Shown piece after piece: positions 8,684 through 18,575 of a DNA stretch of 64,000 bases. A model generated the notes under the pieces. The model ran no database searches and was not told where the DNA came from. It saw nothing but the letters and a program-made list of their open reading frames with translations. Numbering within the stretch: position 1 is the first letter of the stretch; each line of letters starts with the position of its first letter. The DNA is from an uncultured Prevotella sp. (GTDB lineage: Bacteria > Bacteroidota > Bacteroidia > Bacteroidales > Bacteroidaceae): NCBI GenBank assembly GCA_900315035.1, contig OMXO01000004.1, positions 6,129 through 70,128 on the forward strand, given 5' to 3'. The translations under genes were made by a program, and so were the position numbers.

Positions 8684-9307
8684 TTATGCTTCCTTTTCGT
8701 AGGTGATTTCGTAATAATAGGGCTTTACGTTACTGGATGCATTGGCGTGCCCCTGAGTGTGAGGAACGATGAGACGTACTTTTGCGCACTCCTCTGTCAT
8801 TGACTGCGGACGTCCTATCTTAATATAGGTAAGCGGTACGAGCCAACCAGCGGGAACAGATGCTGAATAGACACTATACATGACGCCGCCAAGGAATGAG
8901 GCTGTGTAAACGCTACTTGAACGCGATACGTACATGACATCAGGCCAACTGGCAAAGGTTGGCGTGTTATTACGGAATGTGATGCTATCCGCGATGATAT
9001 CAAACTCAGAGAAACGACATACGATGTTTGCCTTCTCTTTGTCTTTCAGTTCAGAGCCTACACCTGGACGCACAATCTGCATATAGACACCGTTCTTGTC
9101 GAACTTGACAAATTCGTTTTTGCTGACATCCGTTTTCATGCCCTGTGCCTTGAACTGGTCTTCAGAGATGACCGTAATATTATGGCTGGAGATATACTGG
9201 GAGATGGCGTTACGTTCCTTCTCCTTCTTATCGCCGTATGTCTCGTAATTGTTACAGCTGGCCAAGACGGCAGCAACGGCAATCATGATGAATAATATTT
9301 TCTTCAT
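8684..9307 (-). CDS. Lipoprotein of unknown function (DUF4827-like, unverified)
   Basis: The ATG at 9307 gives MKKILFIMIAVAAVLASCNN (lipobox). The longer track ORF (to 9334) would overlap the -7 box at 9332-9339. 19 nt upstream of glmM. Confidence 0.65.
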   Translation of the reverse strand: MKKILFIMIAVAAVLASCNNYETYGDKKEKERNAISQYISSHNITVISEDQFKAQGMKTDVSKNEFVKFDKNGVYMQIVRPGVGSELKDKEKANIVCRFSEFDIIADSITFRNNTPTFASWPDVMYVSRSSSVYTASFLGGVMYSVYSASVPAGWLVPLTYIKIGRPQSMTEECAKVRLIVPHTQGHANASSNVKPYYYEITYEKEA

Positions 9308-9331
9308 TGTCTGTAATTTCTTTGGACGGTG

Positions 9332-9339
9332 CAAAATTA
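9332..9339 (-). promoter_or_regulatory. -7 box TAnnTTTG
   Basis: Minus-strand TAatTTTG, 24 nt upstream of the ATG at 9307 (lipoprotein-glmM operon). Confidence 0.45.
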
Positions 9340-9371
9340 CGAAATATTTTGGAAATAGCGTCCAAATTTGC

Positions 9372-10406
9372 CTACTTTAACTTGTTTTCGTAAGCGATGA
9401 TGGCTTTTCTGACAATCTCAATAGCTTCTTCCATCGAACAATTGAGTCGTCCGCCCGACGCATTGAGATGTCCGCCACCATTAAAGAACTCCTCAGCCAT
9501 CTGGTTACAAGGGAAATCATCTACAGAACGAAGGCTTACCCAGATGATGTTTCCTTTCTCTGTATCTTCACGCAGTGAGATGGACAGTTTGAGTCCCTTG
9601 ATCTGCTGGGGAATGTTGACAAGTCCTTCTGCATCGCCCTTGATGAAATGAAAACGTTGCAGTTCTTCACGCGTAAGCGTATAGTAGGCTGCATGATAGT
9701 CTGCCATATAGACCAGCTTCTCATACAGTACAAAGCCCATCAGCCGGATGCGGTTTTCAGAGTAATTATGATAGACGTTACGGTAGATTTTGTCTTTGTC
9801 GATATGCTTGGTCAACAGTTCGCCAATGATGAAATATATCTCTGAACGGGTACTGTTGTAGAGAAATCCACCAGTGTCAGTCATCATACCACAATAGATG
9901 GGGATTGCGAACTGCTTGTTGAGTTGCTGAAAACCTCCGAGTTGCCATACGATACGGAAAACCAGTTCGCAGGTGCTGCTGAGTTCAGGGAAGGAGATGG
10001 TCAAAGCAGCAGGTACTGAAGGATCCAGATGATGGTCGATGAGTACCTTTGGTGCGCGAGCGCTGACGAGAGCCTGTTCCATCTCATCAACGCGTGAGGT
10101 CGCATTGTAGTCGAGGCAGAACACCAGGTCGGCAATCTTGAAGAGCAAGTCGCACTTCTCTGGGTGTTTGTCATAACGAACGATCTTCTCCGTATTGGGC
10201 AACCACTGCAGGAAGTCGGGATACTGGTCAGGGACAATGATGGTCGGCTCCTTGCCTAATGAGTGCAGATAGTCGGCCCAGCCCAGTGACGAGCCGATAG
10301 CATCACCATCAGGACTCTTGTGACAGGTTATGATAATGTTTTGTGCATCTGAAATCAGGTGGCTTAGTTGGGCCACCTGATCGCTTGTCAAGATATCAAT
10401 GTTCAT
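9372..10406 (-). CDS. nrnA: DHH/DHHA1 phosphoesterase (NrnA-type oligoribonuclease/pAp phosphatase)
   Basis: 344 aa. Motifs HKSPDGDAIGS, LIDHHLD and DHHA1 GGGHLNASGG. The start abuts the stop of the upstream gene (10406/10407). Confidence 0.8.
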   Translation of the reverse strand: MNIDILTSDQVAQLSHLISDAQNIIITCHKSPDGDAIGSSLGWADYLHSLGKEPTIIVPDQYPDFLQWLPNTEKIVRYDKHPEKCDLLFKIADLVFCLDYNATSRVDEMEQALVSARAPKVLIDHHLDPSVPAALTISFPELSSTCELVFRIVWQLGGFQQLNKQFAIPIYCGMMTDTGGFLYNSTRSEIYFIIGELLTKHIDKDKIYRNVYHNYSENRIRLMGFVLYEKLVYMADYHAAYYTLTREELQRFHFIKGDAEGLVNIPQQIKGLKLSISLREDTEKGNIIWVSLRSVDDFPCNQMAEEFFNGGGHLNASGGRLNCSMEEAIEIVRKAIIAYENKLK

Positions 10407-11348
10407 TTAAAATAGTTTATTGGGATATACTCCTTCATCCACGAGCTGCTTAATGCGGGCAACGGTAGCTTCGCGGTCTGCAGCGTATGTTACGCCAAAC
10501 CACTTAGAGGTCGTGTCGAGCACCTCAACGGTAGCCGTTCCTTCGTTGATGAGCTTGTTCACCATCAAGGGGATGAAGAACTCAGCCTTCAGGTTCTCCA
10601 TGTTCTTCGGGTCAGAGAGGAACTCCTTGAAATAAGCCTCAGAGTACTCGAAGTAATCAGGGGTGAAGCCCCACATGTTCATCGATACAGGGGTGTTGTC
10701 TGCCACCTCAACCCACTTGCCGTCTTCATCTTTATAGCGGATAGGCTCTGATGCAGCGCCTGCATTGGAACCGTCGGCAGCACAACGGACAATCTCTGTG
10801 CGCTCTACGACAGTTGTCAGATGTCCTTTATCGTTCTTTGAACAGATACCACGAGCCACTGTGCCGTTCTCAGAGAGGGTGTTGCCTACACGGAAGCCCA
10901 CCATTGCATACTGGTTCTTGGCACCCTCGGGGAGGTTGGCCAGATACTTGCCGATCACCATGAAGGCATCACGGTTGTAGAAATCATCGCAGTTGATGAC
11001 GCAGAACGGCTCCTTAATCACGTCCTTGCCCATGAGCACTGCATGGTTTGTGCCCCAAGGCTTCTGACGACCCTCTGGAACACTGAATCCCTCGGGCAGA
11101 GCGTCGAGTGCCTGGAAACAGAGTTCGCACTTCACCTTACCTTCATATTTCGAGAGAATCTGTGTACGGAACTGCTCCTCAAAGTCCTTGCGGATAACCC
11201 ATACGATTTTGCCGAATCCGGCCTCGATGGCATCATAGATACTGTAGTCCATGATGGTCTCACCATTGGGACCCAGACCATCGAGCTGTTTAAGACCGCC
11301 ATAACGGCTGCCCATACCTGCTGCAAGCAGGAAAAGAGTTGGTTTCAT
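10407..11348 (-). CDS. Sugar-phosphate nucleotidyltransferase family protein
   Basis: 313 aa. N-terminal nucleotide-binding loop LLAAGMGSRYGGLKQ. A -7 box lies 35 nt upstream. Confidence 0.7.
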   Translation of the reverse strand: MKPTLFLLAAGMGSRYGGLKQLDGLGPNGETIMDYSIYDAIEAGFGKIVWVIRKDFEEQFRTQILSKYEGKVKCELCFQALDALPEGFSVPEGRQKPWGTNHAVLMGKDVIKEPFCVINCDDFYNRDAFMVIGKYLANLPEGAKNQYAMVGFRVGNTLSENGTVARGICSKNDKGHLTTVVERTEIVRCAADGSNAGAASEPIRYKDEDGKWVEVADNTPVSMNMWGFTPDYFEYSEAYFKEFLSDPKNMENLKAEFFIPLMVNKLINEGTATVEVLDTTSKWFGVTYAADREATVARIKQLVDEGVYPNKLF

Positions 11349-11383
11349 AAGCTAATTATATTAGAGTTTTGATAAAACTGCCG

Positions 11384-11391
11384 CAAAGGTA
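11384..11391 (-). promoter_or_regulatory. -7 box TAnnTTTG
   Basis: Minus-strand TAccTTTG, 35 nt upstream of the ATG at 11348. Confidence 0.45.
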
Positions 11392-11434
11392 CTAAAAAGA
11401 TTTCTATTAAGTGACGGATTAACGCGCCTTAACA

Positions 11435-13882
11435 TTAGAATGGGTAACCGATGGCGAAATGAAGCGCCTGCGCATCTTTGAAGCTATTGATGTTGAAATA
11501 TCCTGATTTCCCTGTGTCGTAAGGCGTGTGGAGGGCAATACCCCAGTCGAGACGAATCACCAAGAATCCAAGGTCGTAACGCAATCCGATACCTGTACCG
11601 AGCGCAATGTCTTCGAAGAATCGGGAGGTCTTGAACTTCATGGGCTCAATCCATTTCATGATTCTGTTATAATTCTCGGTAGCGGTTTTTTCGTCCATTC
11701 CCTCATCTATATAGTCTTGGATATCACCTATCTCCAAGTTGCGGAGACGCCATACGTTGCCAGCATCAAGGAAGATGGCTCCTTTCAGACGGCCGAAGAG
11801 AGGGGCGCGGTACTCAAGGTTTGCTACGAGTCTCAGATCGCCGTTTCGCAAGAGATAGGCTGCTTGCTTGGCTTTTTCCACTTCGCCATATTGGTTGAGC
11901 GAGAAAGCACCTGGACCGATGTCTCTCATGCTGAACGCACGGATACTGTTGGCTCCTCCTACATAGAACTCTTCACTGAAGGGTGCCTCAAAACTGTTGC
12001 CGTAGCTGAATACCACACCAGCATTGATGTGGCCCACCAGACTTGACTCTGTACCGATTGACCATGTCTTCGTAAAATCAGTCTCCAGCTTGAAAAACTG
12101 GGAATACGGGTTCTTGAAGAGTTCTTTTCCTTTCTCATTGAACGATCGTCCGAAAGCTGCATCTATAAGCGAAACAATATTGCCCGATTCCGAAATGGTC
12201 GTTTCCCAGCGGATGGGGTTGCGCAGTCTGATGGGACTCGTATAAATATAGGTGTAGCGCATCTTGGGAATGAAATAGTCGCCCATCGTACGCTGCAGAT
12301 AGATGTTCTCGTTTTGGATGGAGTCAAACTTGGCCGTGCTGCTGTTCATGAACTGATATTTCAGTGTCAGGGGTGAAAACTCATGACGGCTTGTCTCTGA
12401 GGTCTGCCAACGATAGGTCCATTCTCCCGATACAATGTGCATCTTATAGTATTCCGGCCTACGGATGATGTCGGCCGAGATCTTCGCATAAGTGGTAGGT
12501 GTGGAATAGAATCGACGGCGCAGAGGGCGTCCGTTCTTGTCGCGACGTATGCGGTTGGTGTTGTAGAAGGGTATCAGCAGTCGGGGAAACTCGATGGCAG
12601 CATCAGCACCATACTGATAGTTACTGGCATCAGAACCTCCAGAACTGGCAAACTCGTAAGCACCGTGCAGGTTGATATCGAGTTTTTCTCCAGCGCGGAA
12701 AGCGTTGCGCTTGGTGAAACCGATTTTGGCCAGCGGACCGTATCGTCCATTGGTGCGTCCTATCCAATTGCCTTCGATGTAGAAGTCATAGGGTTTATCG
12801 AAGACGCAGTTAAGACTCAGGTCGAGGGTGTCGGTTCCCTCACGGGGCGTAAACTGGAAATCGGTTCTGCTGAAAACACCATTGCTGTTGATGCGGCTGG
12901 TTGACTCCTGGAATTTCTCATAACTAAACTCCTGACGCGGACGCAACTGCAGGTCTCTGAGTACCACATTCGGACGGATGGGCGAACTCTTGCCGTTATA
13001 GTGGATAGTCAGATGCCGGCGCTTGATGGAGTCTTTGAGTTGTTCGCGTGCGGTCTTGCGGAACTGGACGTCGATATGTCCGATATACCATTTCTTGCAC
13101 ACATCGCCAGGCAGACCGTTGGCGAGCTGGAATCGGAGTTGCGCTTTGTTCTCAATAGCGAAGGTGTCGGCCAGATAAGAGGCATAGTTGGTATTGTAAT
13201 AATAGTAGCCGTTGTTGCGGAACAGATTGTTGATGCGTGTCCGTTCTCCGTCGAGTGAGGCGATGCTGAAAGGCTTTCCCGGTTTGATAAGTTGTTCCTG
13301 TCTGGTAGAGTCGATGAGTGTCTGCATGTCCTTGGGGAAATTCACATACGCCACCGTGTCGAGGGTATAGAGTGAGTCAAACTGTATGGTATAGCCAATC
13401 TTACATTTCTTGGGGTTCTTCTGAGGTACTTTCTCATAAGTGACATTACCCCGAAAGTAACCATTGTTCTGCAACACAGAGCGAGCCACAGAGGCGCGAA
13501 GGGCCGGGTTTACCTTACTCATCAGAACGGGTGGCTTACCAAACGATTTCACCATCCATTTGGCGAATCCCGACTCTTTTCCTGCATATTTGTTATACAC
13601 CCACAGATGCCACGACCAGGGAACGGTATAATAACTGCTGCCGAAGAGTGAACCGTTAGGCTGGGTAGCAAGCGCTGCTTCCAACTCTGCCTTGGTGGCA
13701 GCCAGATGGTCCTTATAGGTCTTGTCCTCGTATTTCGGATCATCGGCATAGGCTATCTTCGTGAGTCCCGTGAAGAGCTGATCGTCTTCTGGAATCCCCT
13801 TTGTCATCGAACAGGATGAGAGAAGGTAGATGGCAGAAGCCAATAGCATCAGGTGTATGAGCCGTTTATCTTCTTTCTTCAT
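11435..13882 (-). CDS. tamA: Omp85-family outer-membrane protein (TamA/BamA-like translocation and assembly module subunit)
   Basis: 815 aa. Lipoprotein-type signal (LLSSC), a long N-terminal region, and a C-terminal barrel ending ...HFAIGYPF (terminal aromatic). The start overlaps the tamB stop by 17 nt. Confidence 0.75.
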   Translation of the reverse strand: MKKEDKRLIHLMLLASAIYLLSSCSMTKGIPEDDQLFTGLTKIAYADDPKYEDKTYKDHLAATKAELEAALATQPNGSLFGSSYYTVPWSWHLWVYNKYAGKESGFAKWMVKSFGKPPVLMSKVNPALRASVARSVLQNNGYFRGNVTYEKVPQKNPKKCKIGYTIQFDSLYTLDTVAYVNFPKDMQTLIDSTRQEQLIKPGKPFSIASLDGERTRINNLFRNNGYYYYNTNYASYLADTFAIENKAQLRFQLANGLPGDVCKKWYIGHIDVQFRKTAREQLKDSIKRRHLTIHYNGKSSPIRPNVVLRDLQLRPRQEFSYEKFQESTSRINSNGVFSRTDFQFTPREGTDTLDLSLNCVFDKPYDFYIEGNWIGRTNGRYGPLAKIGFTKRNAFRAGEKLDINLHGAYEFASSGGSDASNYQYGADAAIEFPRLLIPFYNTNRIRRDKNGRPLRRRFYSTPTTYAKISADIIRRPEYYKMHIVSGEWTYRWQTSETSRHEFSPLTLKYQFMNSSTAKFDSIQNENIYLQRTMGDYFIPKMRYTYIYTSPIRLRNPIRWETTISESGNIVSLIDAAFGRSFNEKGKELFKNPYSQFFKLETDFTKTWSIGTESSLVGHINAGVVFSYGNSFEAPFSEEFYVGGANSIRAFSMRDIGPGAFSLNQYGEVEKAKQAAYLLRNGDLRLVANLEYRAPLFGRLKGAIFLDAGNVWRLRNLEIGDIQDYIDEGMDEKTATENYNRIMKWIEPMKFKTSRFFEDIALGTGIGLRYDLGFLVIRLDWGIALHTPYDTGKSGYFNINSFKDAQALHFAIGYPF

Positions 13883-16800
13883 TTTCCTTTTTAATGATTA
13901 AACTGTCAGTCCTTACGCTGTCGCGCCGCGTGGCCGGCATATTGGATTGCATAGGACGCAAAACGGGTTGTGGCTCCTTCCGCCAGAAACGGAAGATGTC
14001 CCAGAAGTTACTCAACTTACGTCGCCAGATAAAACCGCCGCCATATTCGCTGGTATAGCCGTCGAGCCAGTCGTAAGCGTTCTGGGTATAGAACAATTTT
14101 ACGTATTGGGTAGCATCCTGGTTCAGACGATACTCCATCGTCACGTTGTCGAAGAACGATTGCTTCTGTCCTTGCAGGTTGTTTTCACCTGTAGATACCT
14201 TTCCGCCGATCTGAACCTTCAGACGGTTGTTGAGGAAACGCTTGGCAAACTTGAAGGAATAGTCGGTATGACTGCTACCTGTGGCGTCCATACTGTTATC
14301 CACACCTACACTGAGGTCGAGCGTCTTCAGGGCTGAACCTGCAATGCTGTTAATCTCACTCTGCAGGAACGAACTCAAAGCGGAGTTCATCGAGAACGTG
14401 CCTGTGCCTCCACTGGCGAGATACATGCCTGTGGTAAGCATACCTACTGCCAACTTTCCGCGTTCCTCTACCGACATCGTTGTGAGTTCAGCGCTGATCT
14501 CATTGTCCTCGGGCGATTCGATGATAAACTCGAGTCCCATGTCGTTGAGGGTCTTGGTGATGACGACACCGCAGTTGAAGAGCACTGAGCGCCCAATACC
14601 GCTCTCGTTGCTGACCGTCGCCTTTACTTGTTCTGTCGCTGTGATGTTCAGTTTGGGGTTCATCGGGTCGCCTGTAAACTCCACATAACTGCCGTCCTTG
14701 ATGGTGAAGGTCTTCAGCGGTATTACTGGCAGCGAATATTTCATTTCTCCGTTTGAGAGCGTGTAGCGTCCTGTCAGATTGATGCCTTCTGAGGTGTATC
14801 TCATTCTAAGGTCGCCTCCGCCCAAGAGGTCAATGTAGTTGGTCTGATCTACATTGAGGTCGCAGACGATGTGTGCACCTTGGGATACACTGATATTGAG
14901 ATCTACATCCAGACCGTTGGGGGCAGGACGGGTGATGACTGTCTGCGTGGAGTCGTTGAAGTCGGTAAACTTCACCAGTTCGTTCAGCCGGTTATCTGTC
15001 GATAGCGGGGAGTCGAGCAGGATATAGGTCATGTCGGTGTTGCCGAGCACGTCGAGCCTGCCTCGCATCCTCATCTCTTCTAATGGGCCTTGCAGACGGG
15101 CGAAGAAATTGACGAAGGCTTTGCCGAAGGCTACCGACTTGGGCTCCTGCTTGGAATTGATGAGCAGCAGATTACGGGCTCTCATCCGCATATCGATCTT
15201 GACACGATCAGTGTCGCTGAAATCGATGTCGCCCATGAGGTTCAAGGGCTCATCATTATACGCATAGAGTCCGAAGTTCTCCAACAACAGATGGCTGCCT
15301 ACAATGCGCACAGGGTCGTTGTCGAAACGCATCTTGACACCGTAAGGCGTACTCACCAGATAAGCGGAATCCACATAGATCTCACCATTGACCTCGGGGT
15401 GACGGGTGGTGCCTTGAATGGTCAGTGTACCATCACCGTAGCCCTCAAGTCCCACTATCTGGTCGGGCACAAATCCGTTGACGATGGCAAGTGGCATACG
15501 TGTCATCGTGAAAGTGGCATCGATACGACCTTCCTTTCCGTTCTGGTAGGAGCCGCTTAGCAGTCCGAACTCCTCGTCGTCGAGCAACAGTCTTGCCTCG
15601 ATGGCATGCGTATCGTCTTCTTTCATCATATAGACAAACTCACTGCTGATATTGCCGATGGGCGAGTGCTCGTAAGTCATATTTCGTACGGCCATATCTG
15701 AAGCGACAGAGAATTTGCCTTCCTGATCCTGTAGGATATGGTAGTCGCCGTTGAGTTTACCAGTGATACGGGGCAGATAGGGAATGACTGAGGTTATCTC
15801 GCCAAGATCGACTTGATTGAGCGAGAGGGTGAGATCCTGACGCATCGTCGAGTCTTGATGCTCGGTATAGATCTTCATACCGGCCTTGTCGTCGGCAATG
15901 AGGTCGACCTTTGCTTGGATCTTCTGGTTGCGGGCGAGGAAAATGTAGTTGTCTTTGTTCAGATTGAACTCCTTGTATCCCAGTGTAGGACGGTCGGGCA
16001 GGAGCCTGAGGCGCAAGCCGTCTTTCTCCATCTCCGCTGTGGCACCTATGCGGACGCCCATGCGCCCCTTATCGTCGTAATAGCGCAGTCCTGCCAGTGC
16101 CCCATGCTCATGGATATGGCCGTCGATGAGGGCATTGAAGACGAACTGCGGATTCCTTTTGTTGTTACATATCTGTCCTTGATATGACAAACGGTTTTCC
16201 CTCTGTATCAGACTTAGTCGGATGGTGTCGATCCTGATACTGTCGTAGTTGAGCGAGAAGATATGTCCCTTACCGTTGATGCCTGTTTCTGGCGACGTGG
16301 TGAGGTCGAGCGTCATTTCCTTGAAGTCGGTACCCGTAGCTCTCAGGAAGTTGGCCACAGGGTTGTCGCGCTTGCTCTCTAAGTGGAGGCTCATGACAGG
16401 TAGCAGGGCCTTGATAGCGGGCTGGTCGATGATATTGTCGTGGAACTGTCCCATGACGGAATCGGTGAGCACGGTGGCTTGGCTGAGCAATTTCTGATAG
16501 CCGCCTCTGGCATCGAGTTTCAGGATGAAGTCGCCACTCTGGATCCTCGCGTAGGTCGTGTCGGGGTTGGTCTTCAGTAGGATGCCTACATCCCCAGGGT
16601 TGTAGGTCTTACGGGCATCCTTCACATAGACATCGTTCAGCCGTCCACTGACGTAATGTATATTCTTCATGTCGGAGAAGACCTTGAGACTGCCGTTGGT
16701 GCCGATGGTTAGGGGTTTCCCTACAAGGCGCATCTGATAGAGGTCGGCCTTCGTGAAGTCACCGCTGACGGTGCCCTCGATCTTGCTGGTGTTGAGCAAC

Positions 16801-18575
16801 AGGTCGGCTCCAATGCAACCTTCGAGTATCTGGTTGTGACCTACGATATCGAATGCACCGTGACCGTTGGCAAGCATGACGGTGGCTATCATGTTGTCCA
16901 GATTCCAACTGCCATATTGCAGTTTGTCGATGCTGGCTTCGGCATTGAGACGACTCTTGGGCGAGAAGAAGTCAGTGCCATAGCCCGAAGCCGTGATGTC
17001 GGCGGTCAGGGCATGGATGGAGTCTTTCGGCAGGAAGTGGTGCAGGTTCAGGTTCCTGATGTCGATATCGGCATCGTACGACATCAGACTTGGCTCCAGC
17101 GATCCCTTGGCGTTGAGAGGCATCTTGACGTTGCCAACCATCTTGATGCTACCACCACCCTCGGTGAGTGTCATATTGGTGCCGTAGTTGGTTCCGTTGG
17201 CTGTCAGTTTGCCGTTGAGCGTGATGCCATCGGGGATGCGGTATATGTTACTCATCTTAGGATCGATGAGGGCGGTTATGAAATTCAGTTGTTTGGTCTG
17301 GGCTTCTACCTGTATGTCGGCTTTAAGTCGGCTGAAGTCTCTTATGTTGTCAAGTGTTCCCTTGATATTGGCGTGCAGAGAGGTGGCAAGGTCGATGTTG
17401 AGGCTCGTCAGAACCAGATGGTTCATGTTCCCGTCTGCCGATCCTCTGATGATGAGCGGCTTGTTGGGGAAATGCTCTGTGAATTTCTGTGGCAGTTTAC
17501 CCGCCACCTTGAAGATGTCCTGTTTGCCCACTTGAGCGAACAGCCGCATCTTGAAGATGCCTGGCCTCTGCTCGTCGAAAGCGTTAAAGTCCAAGTCTGC
17601 ATCGAGCATGATGTTAGAGTCGGGCGTTTTCAGCGTCATCAGCGGCATGCGGATGTGGTTGTAGGTGGAATCGAGGTTGATGCCGCCCGTCAGTTCGGTA
17701 ATCTTCAGTCCGCTCTTGTCTGCCAGCGCTGTCTGCCGGATAAAGAACGACGTGCCTGATGGGGTATAACTGATGGAGTCGATGCCCAACCGGATGCCGC
17801 TGAGAGCGATGTGGTTGGCGTCGAGGCCATCCGTCTCGGGCTTCTGGCGGTTGTCATAGGCCAGTCGTCCGTCGTTCCAGTCAAGGCTTGCTATCTTATA
17901 TACAGATTTGCCTAAGTCGATGTGGGCCTCTCGGGCTACGGCATGTCCCAACCACGCATTCACGTTCAGTGTGTCGCCTGGCAGGTGTAGAGTCAGTCCC
18001 GTGCGGTAGATGCTGAGACTGTCGGCATTGATGCGCCATTTGGTCTTCGAGGTCGTCGTATCGGCAGCGGCAGTGTCGCATAAGGCGATGTCGAGCCGTG
18101 CGTCAGCCAGTCGTGCACCATTGACTTCTACCGTCTCCTTGTCGAGGTCGATGCCTTTCGAGAAGAGCCGCAACTCGTCGAGTTCACCCTTGATGCGCAG
18201 GTCGCTGATAAAGCCGTTGGTGTTGATCTTGGCCTGATGGAGCGACAGTTCGTCGATGACGACGTGTTTCCTGAATAGTGGTATCAGTCTGACGTCGGCC
18301 ACGAGTTTCTGCACGTCGGCAATGGTGTCGTTAAGGTGGGGAATCGAGTCGTTGGGCTTGATGGCCTTGAACCCTTCGATGCCGAGGTCGAGCGGGAACT
18401 CCAGACTCACGTGCTCTACCGTGATGTCCATCCCCGTCTTCTCTGAGGCGATGGCCGTCACCTTCTGTACCGCCCAGTTCTGAACGGGCGGCAGGTAGAG
18501 TATGGCGGTGAGTATGATGAATAGCAGAATGGGTGTCAGCACCGCTATCCCCATCCACTTCAGTGCTTTCTTCAT
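13866..18575 (-). CDS. tamB: Translocation/assembly module protein TamB (AsmA-like)
   Basis: 1569 aa. N-terminal signal anchor (MGIAVLTPILLFIILTAILYL), a very long beta-rich body, and a conserved C-terminal region. Positioned directly upstream of the Omp85 partner. Confidence 0.8.
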   Translation of the reverse strand: MKKALKWMGIAVLTPILLFIILTAILYLPPVQNWAVQKVTAIASEKTGMDITVEHVSLEFPLDLGIEGFKAIKPNDSIPHLNDTIADVQKLVADVRLIPLFRKHVVIDELSLHQAKINTNGFISDLRIKGELDELRLFSKGIDLDKETVEVNGARLADARLDIALCDTAAADTTTSKTKWRINADSLSIYRTGLTLHLPGDTLNVNAWLGHAVAREAHIDLGKSVYKIASLDWNDGRLAYDNRQKPETDGLDANHIALSGIRLGIDSISYTPSGTSFFIRQTALADKSGLKITELTGGINLDSTYNHIRMPLMTLKTPDSNIMLDADLDFNAFDEQRPGIFKMRLFAQVGKQDIFKVAGKLPQKFTEHFPNKPLIIRGSADGNMNHLVLTSLNIDLATSLHANIKGTLDNIRDFSRLKADIQVEAQTKQLNFITALIDPKMSNIYRIPDGITLNGKLTANGTNYGTNMTLTEGGGSIKMVGNVKMPLNAKGSLEPSLMSYDADIDIRNLNLHHFLPKDSIHALTADITASGYGTDFFSPKSRLNAEASIDKLQYGSWNLDNMIATVMLANGHGAFDIVGHNQILEGCIGADLLLNTSKIEGTVSGDFTKADLYQMRLVGKPLTIGTNGSLKVFSDMKNIHYVSGRLNDVYVKDARKTYNPGDVGILLKTNPDTTYARIQSGDFILKLDARGGYQKLLSQATVLTDSVMGQFHDNIIDQPAIKALLPVMSLHLESKRDNPVANFLRATGTDFKEMTLDLTTSPETGINGKGHIFSLNYDSIRIDTIRLSLIQRENRLSYQGQICNNKRNPQFVFNALIDGHIHEHGALAGLRYYDDKGRMGVRIGATAEMEKDGLRLRLLPDRPTLGYKEFNLNKDNYIFLARNQKIQAKVDLIADDKAGMKIYTEHQDSTMRQDLTLSLNQVDLGEITSVIPYLPRITGKLNGDYHILQDQEGKFSVASDMAVRNMTYEHSPIGNISSEFVYMMKEDDTHAIEARLLLDDEEFGLLSGSYQNGKEGRIDATFTMTRMPLAIVNGFVPDQIVGLEGYGDGTLTIQGTTRHPEVNGEIYVDSAYLVSTPYGVKMRFDNDPVRIVGSHLLLENFGLYAYNDEPLNLMGDIDFSDTDRVKIDMRMRARNLLLINSKQEPKSVAFGKAFVNFFARLQGPLEEMRMRGRLDVLGNTDMTYILLDSPLSTDNRLNELVKFTDFNDSTQTVITRPAPNGLDVDLNISVSQGAHIVCDLNVDQTNYIDLLGGGDLRMRYTSEGINLTGRYTLSNGEMKYSLPVIPLKTFTIKDGSYVEFTGDPMNPKLNITATEQVKATVSNESGIGRSVLFNCGVVITKTLNDMGLEFIIESPEDNEISAELTTMSVEERGKLAVGMLTTGMYLASGGTGTFSMNSALSSFLQSEINSIAGSALKTLDLSVGVDNSMDATGSSHTDYSFKFAKRFLNNRLKVQIGGKVSTGENNLQGQKQSFFDNVTMEYRLNQDATQYVKLFYTQNAYDWLDGYTSEYGGGFIWRRKLSNFWDIFRFWRKEPQPVLRPMQSNMPATRRDSVRTDSLIIKKENEERR

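Noticed and set aside
16836-17759. 307-aa + strand ORF inside tamB, together with other 60-170-aa ORFs antisense to tamA/tamB/KS.
   Set aside because: These are antisense shadows within a 1569-aa gene. They have no motifs, and their composition is typical of the reverse frame of a real gene.
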